Position numbers and translations under genes: made by a program. 64,000 nucleotides of DNA, taken from assembly GCA_945872365.1 (NCBI GenBank), contig CAMBZJ010000014.1, positions 6,370 to 70,369 on the forward strand, written 5' to 3'. Positions 20,854-29,228 of this stretch are shown piece by piece; within the stretch, counting starts at the first letter, position 1; the number at the start of each line of letters is the position of its first letter. Origin of the DNA: Klebsiella pneumoniae (GTDB lineage Bacteria; Desulfobacterota; Binatia; UBA12015). Below the pieces are notes generated by a model. That model was not told where the DNA came from, made no database searches, and saw nothing but the letters and a program-made list of their open reading frames with translations.

Positions 20854-23190
20854 TCAGTGCACCATCGTGCCGCGCATCTGCATCGGCTGGAGCAGGATCC
20901 ACACGCCGCAGCCCCACAGGCTCCAGGCGAGGATCGCCCATGGCAGGACGGCACCGACGGCGGCGCGCGGGCTTCGCGCGAGGGAACGGGCGATGCGCCA
21001 GGCGACCCAGAGCGTCGCGCAAAGTCCCGCGTCGAGCAGCAGGAGTTTCGCCGGATCGAGCCAGCCCGCGGCGGAGCCCCGTGCCGCGCTCCAGTCGGGC
21101 GGGCCGAGCCGCGCGAACCAGGTCGGCGCCACCGCTTCGAGCGCGCGGCGCGCGACCGGCACGATCGCACCGGCACCGGTCGCGAGGTGGAAGAGCAGGT
21201 GGGCCGCCCACATGCCGACGCCGATCGGCACCAGGGCGAGCGCGAAGCGGCAGGCGAGATCCCGCGGCCGTGCGTCCAGTTCGCCCATACGCCGCGACAG
21301 GAAGGCGCAGGCGGTCACGGTCGCGAGCGGCAGGACGGCGAGTGCGGCCGGGATCCAGGCGCTCCGCAGGAGCGAGTTCGCCACGGCGCTGCCATCGCCG
21401 ATCGGCACGCCCGCCCCGATCATGCCCGCCGCGTTCGCGAATGCGGCGAACACGAAGACCAGGACCAGGGCGGCGAGGTCGGGGCGGCGCGAAGGACGCC
21501 CGATCGACGATCGCCGCGCGTCGCCCGGGAGTTCCGCGAGCGGTGCGCGTGCGACGAGCCCGATCGCGTCGTGCGGACAGGCGCGTACGCAGTCGAGACA
21601 GAATGTGCAGTCGAGATTGCCCGTCTTGCGCGGCAGGAAGAGTTCGGTCTCGCAGCCGCGGCTCGCGGGGCTGCCGCGCAGGCACTCGCGGCCGGTGCAG
21701 GAGGCGCAGGCATCGGGGCGCTGCACCGCGACCACGAATGGCGAGACCGTCGAGGCGACGAAGTTCCACTGCCCGATCGGGCAGACCCACTTGCAGAAGG
21801 CGGCTCCGCGGAAGGCCGCATCCACCGCGAAGGCCGCCGCGAAGTAGCCGAGCACCAGCCACGCGGTCGCACGCGGCGCATCCCACGGAGCGGCTGCTTC
21901 GTAGCCCCAGAACCAGGCGATGAGGAGTACCGCGGCGAACCACTTGCCGCGCAGTCGGCGCGGCCAGCGCGCACGCAGTCGGTCGGGGAACGCACGCTTG
22001 GCGATCTCGCGCGGCAGGACGAACGGGCAGGCGAAGCAGAAGACGTTGCCCGCGACCAGCAGGAGGAGGATCGAGAGCCCGCGGAACCAGGTCCACGGCA
22101 GGACGCCGGCGAGGTTCATCGGCGCCATCGCAGGGCCGCGCAGTCCGTCGGCGACGATCGCGACCGCGAGCCCGAGAGTCGTCGCCTGGGCGACCCGTCG
22201 CGTGACGCGGTGACGCAGGACGCGGCCCAGGACGGGGACGCGCAGCAGGTCGAGGCCGTCGCCGCGCCGACCGTCGGGCGGCGTGGTCGCTCGTACCGCG
22301 CCCGGTCCGCCGCCGTACTTGCGCCGGGCGACGGTCGGGTGCGGCTCGTCGGACCGCTGCGGTGCGAGCAGGCGCGCGACGACGAGTGCGGCCGGCACGA
22401 GCATGGCGACCTGACCCGGGACCCACATCAGGGCCCCGGCGAGGTGCTGGTCGCCGAGCGCGGTCGTGCCGAAGAGCCGCGGCGCGGCGGCATAGGTCGG
22501 GTAGAGCACCCGGTCGGAGAAGGCGAAGATCGCGCACAGGGCGGTGTTCTGCAGGTCCGCCAGCAGGAGCATCGGCGGGATCGCCCAGCGCGGTGTCGAG
22601 TCGAGGGCCGGCCATGGCCGGATGACCGGGAACCAGAAGAGGAGTGCGCCGGCGAGAAACGTCGCATGCTCGACGCGGTGCCAACCGGCGTCGCGGAGTG
22701 CCAGTTCGTAGAGCTCGGGTGCATGCCATGTCCAAAGCGCGAGAGTGAAGGCGAGCAGGCCGACCACCGGGTGGGTGAGCCGGTGCGAGAGGCGTCGCAG
22801 CTCGGGGGCGGCGAGAAACGGTCCGATCGCGCGTGCACCTGCGACCGGCAGCCCGCGCAGGAGCGGGATCGCCGGGGCCGAAAGCCAGGTGAGCGGCGGC
22901 ACCACCATGACGAGCAGGAAGTGCTGCGCCATGTGCACGGTGAGGAGAAGCCCGGAGAGTGCCTCGAGCGGCGAGGCGATCGCGACGAGCAGCATCGCCG
23001 CGGCGGCCGCGAACGCGGCGAGACGAAAGGGGGGGAAGCGGTCGGGGCGCTGGCGGTGCAGCGCCCACCAGCCGCGCGCATAGACGGCGACGCCGAGCAG
23101 GATCGCGGCGGTGCCGAGCGGCGGAAAGCTCCAGGAGCCGAGTGCGGCCGCGAGAACGGCCGGGGCGTCGCTCGCCGGGGTCGGATCCAC
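20854..23190 (-). CDS. Cytochrome c oxidase caa3 assembly factor CtaG fused to a FixG/NapH-like membrane 4Fe-4S domain
   Basis: CtaG motifs HMAQHFLL, WHAP..Y..AL...WH..EH, DQHLAGALMW. Then FCFACP, FCKWVCP, CASC...C...GC and CTFCLDCVRACP, plus further TM helices. GTG start near 23190. Confidence 0.85.
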   Translation of the reverse strand: MDPTPASDAPAVLAAALGSWSFPPLGTAAILLGVAVYARGWWALHRQRPDRFPPFRLAAFAAAAAMLLVAIASPLEALSGLLLTVHMAQHFLLVMVVPPLTWLSAPAIPLLRGLPVAGARAIGPFLAAPELRRLSHRLTHPVVGLLAFTLALWTWHAPELYELALRDAGWHRVEHATFLAGALLFWFPVIRPWPALDSTPRWAIPPMLLLADLQNTALCAIFAFSDRVLYPTYAAAPRLFGTTALGDQHLAGALMWVPGQVAMLVPAALVVARLLAPQRSDEPHPTVARRKYGGGPGAVRATTPPDGRRGDGLDLLRVPVLGRVLRHRVTRRVAQATTLGLAVAIVADGLRGPAMAPMNLAGVLPWTWFRGLSILLLLVAGNVFCFACPFVLPREIAKRAFPDRLRARWPRRLRGKWFAAVLLIAWFWGYEAAAPWDAPRATAWLVLGYFAAAFAVDAAFRGAAFCKWVCPIGQWNFVASTVSPFVVAVQRPDACASCTGRECLRGSPASRGCETELFLPRKTGNLDCTFCLDCVRACPHDAIGLVARAPLAELPGDARRSSIGRPSRRPDLAALVLVFVFAAFANAAGMIGAGVPIGDGSAVANSLLRSAWIPAALAVLPLATVTACAFLSRRMGELDARPRDLACRFALALVPIGVGMWAAHLLFHLATGAGAIVPVARRALEAVAPTWFARLGPPDWSAARGSAAGWLDPAKLLLLDAGLCATLWVAWRIARSLARSPRAAVGAVLPWAILAWSLWGCGVWILLQPMQMRGTMVH

Positions 23191-23201
23191 CGCGTCGGCT
23201 G

Positions 23202-24677
23202 CTAGCGCCCGGGCGGCGCCGCGGGGGCTGCGCCCGGCCGGCTCGCATCGCGCGCCGCGGGCTGGTTGGCGGGTCGCAGGGTCTCCATGAACGCGACCAG
23301 TGCCGTGACCTCGGCCGGACTCAGGTTGCGGCCGTAGGCCGGCATGTTGCCGCCGCCCTGGATCACCTGCCGTATGAGTTGGTCGCGGGTGAGCCGGGTG
23401 GCCACGCCGTCGAGAGCCGGGCCGCGCTGGCCGCCCTCGCCGCCGAGCGCGTGGCAGTTGCGGCATTGCTTGGACTGGAGGACCGCGGCACCGCGCAATT
23501 CGAGCGGGCTGCGGCCGCGCACGTACTCGACGGGCGTGGGCGCGCCGCTCCATGCGTCCATGACCGGCGACCAGGGCGAGGTGACACCGAGCTTCGTCAG
23601 CGTGACCAAAGTGACCAGGACGAGCAGGACGGCAAGCACCGACATCGGGCGTGCCTTCCAGCTCTTCTCGCCGGTGCCGAACAGGAACGGCAGCCCGAAC
23701 AAGAGCCCGATGCCGACGACCGGTGCGACCAGGATGAGCGCCGTCTCCATCCACGGCGGCAGCAGCGCGAAGGCCGCGAACAGCGACAGGAAGAAGAAGT
23801 CGGGGCGGGGCACGGTGCGGATGAGTGTCGGGTCGGGCACGCCGTTGGGTCCGATCGGCCCGAAGATCGCGGCGCAGGCGACGACGGAGAGGGTCGTGAT
23901 CCCGGCGAAGACGAGGTCGCGCTGGGCCGCGTCCGGGAAGAACGGCACGCCGTCCTCGTGGACGAGGCGCTCGTAGTCCTCGCGGTAGGTCTCCCGCCGC
24001 ACCAGGCGACCCGGCATCGGCCATTCGTTGATGCCGAGCTTCAGCACCAGCAGAAGATGCAGCCCGACGAAGGCGAAGAGCAGTCCGGGTACGACGAAGA
24101 CGTGCAGCGTGAAGAACCGCGACAGGGTCTGCGCCCCGATGATCGGCCCGCCGAGCATGAGGTGGACGAGGTAGGGGCCGACCAGCGGCACGCGCGCGAT
24201 CATCGCCGCACCGATCCCGAGACCCCAGTAGGCATCCTGGTCGAAGCGCATGATCTGGCCGGTGAAGGCCATGCCCAGCGTGCTGAAGAGCAGGATCACG
24301 CCGACGATCCAGGTGAGTTCACGCGGGTACTTGAAGGCCCCGAACAGGAATACCTGGACGAGGTGGATCGTCATCATGCCGATCATGAAGTTCGAGCCCC
24401 AGCCGTGCAGCGCGCGCAGGAACCAGCCGAGTGGCTGCTGGTAGTTCAGCCACTCAAGGCTTGCCCACGCTTCGCTCGCCGCGGGCGCATAGACCAAGGC
24501 GAGACAGATGCCGGTCGCGACCTGCAGGAGGAAGAGCACCAGCGTCGCGCTGCCGAAGACGTACCACCAGCTCGCCGTGTCGCGCGGCACGGCGTGGCCG
24601 AGCACCGGGCCGAGTGCCGCGCCCAGGCCCAGACGTTCCTCGAGCCAGCTGCCGATCGATGCGAGGCGTGACTTCAT
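23202..24677 (-). CDS. Cytochrome b (b6 + subunit IV-like) fused to a C-terminal monoheme cytochrome c
   Basis: Heme b His pairs LRALHGW...TIHL and TLHVF...GLHL, YPRELTW, Qo motif PDFF, C-terminal CRNCH...GNMP. Confidence 0.93.
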   Translation of the reverse strand: MKSRLASIGSWLEERLGLGAALGPVLGHAVPRDTASWWYVFGSATLVLFLLQVATGICLALVYAPAASEAWASLEWLNYQQPLGWFLRALHGWGSNFMIGMMTIHLVQVFLFGAFKYPRELTWIVGVILLFSTLGMAFTGQIMRFDQDAYWGLGIGAAMIARVPLVGPYLVHLMLGGPIIGAQTLSRFFTLHVFVVPGLLFAFVGLHLLLVLKLGINEWPMPGRLVRRETYREDYERLVHEDGVPFFPDAAQRDLVFAGITTLSVVACAAIFGPIGPNGVPDPTLIRTVPRPDFFFLSLFAAFALLPPWMETALILVAPVVGIGLLFGLPFLFGTGEKSWKARPMSVLAVLLVLVTLVTLTKLGVTSPWSPVMDAWSGAPTPVEYVRGRSPLELRGAAVLQSKQCRNCHALGGEGGQRGPALDGVATRLTRDQLIRQVIQGGGNMPAYGRNLSPAEVTALVAFMETLRPANQPAARDASRPGAAPAAPPGR

Positions 24678-24690
24678 TGCGGTCGTCCGA

Positions 24691-25284
24691 TCACAACGGC
24701 TGGGTCAGCGTCGGGATCTGGCCGCCGCGCACGACGAGTTGGCCGTCCTCCAGCTTGTACTCGTACTCGTAGAGGCCGCGCGGCGGCGGACCCGAGGCGC
24801 GTTGCCCGTCCTCGTAATAGGCGCCGCCGTGGCAGGGGCACATGAAGAGCCCCGACTCGGGGAACCAGCGCACCGGGCAGCCGAGGTGCGTGCAGTTCAC
24901 GGCGAAGACCTGGAAGCTCGTGTCGGAGATGCAGCGCACCCAGCAGGGAATGTCGGCGGTCACGCCGTCCCAGGGCACGACGAAGGGATTTCGGTAGGTC
25001 GCGAGCCGCGTCTGTCCGACCGGAAATCCCGTCGCCGGGCCGAGCGGGATCCAGGCCTGCCAGGCGCGGCGGCGCATCGGCGCCAGGACATAGCCGACGA
25101 GCGGGAGAGCGAAGGCCGCCGCGGCGACCGCGTTGATCGCGAGTCCGAGCTTGAACAGGAAGCCGCGTCTGTCGACGGGCGGTGGCGGCACGAGGGGCGC
25201 TGTCGAGCCGCCCGAACCATCGGGCCGGAGCGCGTCCTGGCGCGGGATTCCCGCGGTGCCTGTGGTGTCCGGATCACGGGACAT
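24691..25284 (-). CDS. Rieske 2Fe-2S subunit of the Rieske/cytochrome b complex
   Basis: Tat motif DRRGFL plus TM; boxes CTHLGC and CPCHGGAY; GPPPRGL. Confidence 0.93.
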   Translation of the reverse strand: MSRDPDTTGTAGIPRQDALRPDGSGGSTAPLVPPPPVDRRGFLFKLGLAINAVAAAAFALPLVGYVLAPMRRRAWQAWIPLGPATGFPVGQTRLATYRNPFVVPWDGVTADIPCWVRCISDTSFQVFAVNCTHLGCPVRWFPESGLFMCPCHGGAYYEDGQRASGPPPRGLYEYEYKLEDGQLVVRGGQIPTLTQPL

Positions 25285-26092
25285 CTTCGCTCCTCGCGGT
25301 CGTCGTGGTCGTTGTCGTGGCCCCCGTCGGCGCACTCGGGCCTGCCGCCGGTGCCGCTGCACCCGGCAAGGCGATCGGCGCCGGTCGTCGGGCTGCGATC
25401 CAGGCGACGACGTCGGAGACCTGTTCGGCGTCGAGCGGCCGTGCGCCACCCTCGCCACGCCAGTCCGGCATGCCGAGATCCGGGCGACCGACGACCACCG
25501 CCGTGCGCAGCGCCCGGTCGCTCGTGAGCGACAGCCAGGACGGGTCGACGACCGAGCCGCCCTTTGCGCCGCCGTCGCCGTCGGTGCCGTGGCAACCCGC
25601 GCAACTCGCCTGCCAGACCGTCGCGCCGCGCGCGGCGTCACCGGTCGCGGCCGCGTCGATCGGGGGTGGGGGCGGCGTCACGTCGCTTGCCCAGCGCGCG
25701 CGCATTCCCCGGGTCAGCAGGTCGACCTGGTGGTCGGTGAGCGTACCGCCGTATTCAAGTCCGAAGGCCGGCATCGGCGTGCCGGGGATCCCGCGCAAGG
25801 TCAGGTCGCGGATGGCCGCGTCGCTCGCAGCGGCGAGGTAGACCGGGTCGCCGAGCGGAGTCGACGAGCCGAGTTTGCCGTCGGCCCCGTGACAGCCGGA
25901 ACAGTTCTCGCCCCACAGCACGGCGAAGTCGGTGACCTGCGTCGGCGCGAGCGGTCGATCGGCCTCGCGCGGCCGGCCCGGCAGCGAGTCGCAGCCCGCG
26001 ATCGCGAGTACCGTGCCCAGCACCGTGGCCAAGGCACTGCGGCGCGCATGGTCGCGTCTTCCCGGCCCCGTGTGTCGTTGCGCCCGCCGCAT
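25274..26092 (-). CDS. Di-heme cytochrome c lipoprotein (CcoP/QcrC-like)
   Basis: Lipobox LAIAGC; CSGCH...TPMP and CAGCH...GMP (His/Met-ligated class I domains). Confidence 0.88.
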   Translation of the reverse strand: MRRAQRHTGPGRRDHARRSALATVLGTVLAIAGCDSLPGRPREADRPLAPTQVTDFAVLWGENCSGCHGADGKLGSSTPLGDPVYLAAASDAAIRDLTLRGIPGTPMPAFGLEYGGTLTDHQVDLLTRGMRARWASDVTPPPPPIDAAATGDAARGATVWQASCAGCHGTDGDGGAKGGSVVDPSWLSLTSDRALRTAVVVGRPDLGMPDWRGEGGARPLDAEQVSDVVAWIAARRPAPIALPGAAAPAAGPSAPTGATTTTTTTARSEDVP

Positions 26093-26943
26093 CACGCGTC
26101 GTGCTTCCCCTCGCCGAAGCCCGCTGCCTCCACGCCGGCGCGCGCCGCGAAGGGCAGTCCCTGCAGGGTCGAGATCTTCTCGGTGCGCGCCACGAGCCAG
26201 CCGGCCGCGAGTCCGAAGCCGATCTGGGAGGCGACGAACCACGGCCACTCGATGCGCCGGTTGAGCGCCGGATTCAGGACGCCGAGCACGGCCCACAGCA
26301 GGCCGCTCCACAAGAGCGGCGCGAGCAGGCCGCCCACGGCGGCCGGGTGGCGCGGGATCATCGGCAGGATGAGCGCATAGAGCAGTCCGACCACGAGGGA
26401 GGCGGCAAGGTGGATCGCGCTCGCGACGGCGAAGGCCGTAGGATCGAAGGCCTCGAGGGTTGCCGTGCCGGCCGACGCGAGCGTCGGCATCGCTGTCGCG
26501 GCGAGCAGGTTGATCGGATACCAGGGGCTCGAGTGGCCGAGCAGTCCGAAGCCGACGGCGAGCAGCGCCATGACGCCCGCACCGAGGAGACCGCCGCGCA
26601 GCCCGGCCGACCACGGGTGGACCTCGACCGGCAGCCGCATGCGGTGGCCGTCGCGTCCGACTTCGAGGTGCTCGACGACGACGGTGGACCGGCGCACCGG
26701 CTGCGCGCGTTCCGCCGCCGGTCGCAGGGCGATCTCCTCGAGGCGTTGCTGCGGCAGGACATCGCGCAGCCAGCCCGCGCCGGCAACGGCGAAGAGCGCC
26801 GCGCCGGCGAGGCTCACGACGGCGTTGGTCACGAGCCCGGCGAAGGCGAGACAGATCCCGGCGGCAAACAGCATCGGCCATGCGGTCGGGGCGGGCATCG
26901 GGATCGAGTCCCGCTCGTTCGCGCGTCCGGTCGCCATCGCCAT
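26092..26943 (-). CDS. Oxidase-associated membrane protein; N-terminus resembles COX subunit III helices I-II / CtaF
   Basis: GAGGAGG RBS; IPMPAPTAWP followed by two TMs ending GWLRD, then about 4-5 more TMs; TGATG overlap with the next gene. Confidence 0.7.
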   Translation of the reverse strand: MAMATGRANERDSIPMPAPTAWPMLFAAGICLAFAGLVTNAVVSLAGAALFAVAGAGWLRDVLPQQRLEEIALRPAAERAQPVRRSTVVVEHLEVGRDGHRMRLPVEVHPWSAGLRGGLLGAGVMALLAVGFGLLGHSSPWYPINLLAATAMPTLASAGTATLEAFDPTAFAVASAIHLAASLVVGLLYALILPMIPRHPAAVGGLLAPLLWSGLLWAVLGVLNPALNRRIEWPWFVASQIGFGLAAGWLVARTEKISTLQGLPFAARAGVEAAGFGEGKHDA

Positions 26944-26948
26944 CCTCC

Positions 26949-27536
26949 TCAGCGCCCCAGGTAGACGACGGCCAACACCGCCACCCACACCGCGTCGACG
27001 AAGTGCCAGTACCACGAGAGAACCTCGGCGTGCTCCGCATGCTCCGCCCCGAGCCTGCCGCGCAGGGCCGCGCCGAGTACGAAGGCCAGCATCGTGAGGC
27101 CGAGCGTCACGTGCAGGGCGTGGAAACCGACGAGCGCGTAGAAGGTCGTCCCGAACAGGTTGGTCGCGATCGTGAGACCGCGTCCGAAGATCAGCTCGCG
27201 CCACTCCAGCGCCGTCGCGGCGAGAAAGCTCGCGCCGAGCGCGATGGTCGCGAGCCACCAGGTGCGAAAGGCACCGTGCAGGCCCGCGCCCAGCGCCCGC
27301 ACCGCGAGCGAGATCGTGACGCTGCTCGACAGGAGGCAGATCGTCGCGAGCAAGGGCGTCGAAAGCACGTCCGCCGGCTGCGGACCGGTCGCGCTCTTCC
27401 CGCGGTAGAAGAGGTAGGCCACGATGAACACGCCGAAGAAGGAGGTCTCCGCCGCGATCAGGCACGCCATCCCGATCCGGCCCTTCCATGCGTGGAGATC
27501 GTCGACGGCCTCGGCGTCGTGCGCGGAAGCGATCAC
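26949..27536 (-). CDS. ctaE: Cytochrome c oxidase subunit III (short, 5-TM type)
   Basis: LIAAETSFF, LLSSS, FYALVGFHALHV, WYWHFVDAVW; GTG start overlaps the subunit I stop. Confidence 0.92.
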   Translation of the reverse strand: MIASAHDAEAVDDLHAWKGRIGMACLIAAETSFFGVFIVAYLFYRGKSATGPQPADVLSTPLLATICLLSSSVTISLAVRALGAGLHGAFRTWWLATIALGASFLAATALEWRELIFGRGLTIATNLFGTTFYALVGFHALHVTLGLTMLAFVLGAALRGRLGAEHAEHAEVLSWYWHFVDAVWVAVLAVVYLGR

Positions 27537-29215
27537 TCCCACCTCCCGTCGGGATCGTCGGGGTGCTTCAGGTCCCAGAGCGGGCGGCGGCTGTGCACGG
27601 TCGGCACGCTCTCGAAGTTGTACTCGGGTGGCGGCGAGGTCGTCGCCCACTCGAGCGTCCATGCGTCCCAGGGGTCATCGCCCGCAGGGGCGCCGGCGCG
27701 CAGCGACGACACCACGTTCCACAGGAAGAAGAGCAGTCCGATCACCTGGACGGCGACGCCGAGCGTCGTCACCATATTCCAGATCTCCCAGCCGCGTCCC
27801 GGCTGGTAGGTGTAGATCCGTCGCGGCATCCCGAGCAGTCCCGGAACGTGCATCGGCAGGAACGTCAGGTTGAAGCCGAGCACGAACCAGAAGAAGTGGA
27901 GTCGTCCGAGCCGTTCGTCGAGCATGCGCCCGGTCGCCTTGGGGAACCAGAAGTAGATCGCGGCGAAGAGATTGAACAGGAGACCGCCGATCAGCATGAA
28001 GTGGAAGTGTGCGACGACGAAGTAGGTGTCGGAGAGCTGCCAGTCGAAGGGGACGACCGCGAGCATGACGCCGGTCAGGCCCGCGATCACGAACTCGAGC
28101 AGGAAGGCGGTGCACCAGAGCATCGGCACCCGGAAGCGGATACGCCCGCCCCACATGGTGCCGAGCCAGTTGAAGATCTTGATGCCGGTCGGCACGGCGA
28201 TCGCCATCGTCGAGGCGGCGAAGAAGGTATTCGTGGCCGGGTCGAGCCCGACCGTGAACATGTGGTGGGCCCAGACGCCCATGCTGATGAAGCCGATGCA
28301 CACCGTCGCGGCGACCATGACCGGGTAGCCGAAGAGCGGCTTGCGCGAGAACACCGGGATGATCTCGCTCGCGATCGCGAAGGCCGGCAGGATCAGGACG
28401 TAGACCTCCGGGTGCCCGAAGAACCAGAAGAAGTGCTGCCAGAGGACCGCGGAGCCACCGGCCTGGGTGTCGAAGAAGTGCGCGCCGAGGAAGCGGTCGA
28501 AGAGCAGCATGACCTGCGCCGCGGCGAGGGGCGACAGGATGAAAAGCACGAGCGCCGCGTCCACGAGCATGATCCAGACGAAGAGCGGCATGCGGCGCAG
28601 CGTCATGCCGGGGCATCGCATGGTCAGGATCGTCGTGACCAGGTTGATCGCGGTCGCAGTGCTGCCGACGCCGCTCAGGAGGATGCCGAGGATCCAGTAG
28701 TCGGTCGAGTTGCCGCGGGAGAAGGCGCGCGAGGTGAGCGGCGCATAGGCGAACCAGCCGACGTCCGGCGCGCTGCCCGCGCCGTAGAGTCCCTCCGCTC
28801 CGAGGAAGCTGAAGTAGAGCAGGAGCCCGCCGAACAGGAACATCCAGAAGCCGAAGGCGTTGAGCCGCGGGAAGGCGAGGTCGCGCGCCCCGATCTGCAG
28901 CGGGACGAGATAGTTCGCGAAGCCGAAGAACATCGGCATCCCGACGAAGAACACCATCGTCGTGCCGTGCATCGTCATGAGCCGGTTGAAGGTGTTCGGC
29001 CCGAGGAAGCCGTTGAGCGGCACGGCGAGCTGGATCCGCATCAGGGCCGCCATCGAGCCCGCGACCAGGAAGAAGACCAGGGCCGAGGCGATGTACATGA
29101 GCCCGAGCCGCTTGTGGTCGACGGTGACGACCCACTCGTGGAGTCGCGCGGCCAAGGGCAGGCTCTCGCCTTCGCCCGTCCGCACCGTGTCGATGCTCTG
29201 TCCGAGGACCGCCAT
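27533..29215 (-). CDS. ctaD: Cytochrome c oxidase subunit I, A1-type
   Basis: DHKRLG, MHG, GHPEVY, WAHHM, PTGIKIF (K-channel), AHFH, GMPRR. Confidence 0.97.
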   Translation of the reverse strand: MAVLGQSIDTVRTGEGESLPLAARLHEWVVTVDHKRLGLMYIASALVFFLVAGSMAALMRIQLAVPLNGFLGPNTFNRLMTMHGTTMVFFVGMPMFFGFANYLVPLQIGARDLAFPRLNAFGFWMFLFGGLLLYFSFLGAEGLYGAGSAPDVGWFAYAPLTSRAFSRGNSTDYWILGILLSGVGSTATAINLVTTILTMRCPGMTLRRMPLFVWIMLVDAALVLFILSPLAAAQVMLLFDRFLGAHFFDTQAGGSAVLWQHFFWFFGHPEVYVLILPAFAIASEIIPVFSRKPLFGYPVMVAATVCIGFISMGVWAHHMFTVGLDPATNTFFAASTMAIAVPTGIKIFNWLGTMWGGRIRFRVPMLWCTAFLLEFVIAGLTGVMLAVVPFDWQLSDTYFVVAHFHFMLIGGLLFNLFAAIYFWFPKATGRMLDERLGRLHFFWFVLGFNLTFLPMHVPGLLGMPRRIYTYQPGRGWEIWNMVTTLGVAVQVIGLLFFLWNVVSSLRAGAPAGDDPWDAWTLEWATTSPPPEYNFESVPTVHSRRPLWDLKHPDDPDGRWE

Positions 29216-29228
29216 GCTCTCCGTCCCC

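Noticed and set aside
20087-23248. 1053-aa ORF spanning the CtaG region
   Set aside because: Only the last about 196 codons look protein-like; the rest is an alternative frame of the CtaG-ferredoxin gene.
25274-26092. cbb3 oxidase assignment from the CcoP-like di-heme protein
   Set aside because: Subunit I has A1 signatures (GHPEVY, K- and D-channel residues) and subunit II has CuA; no CcoN/CcoO.
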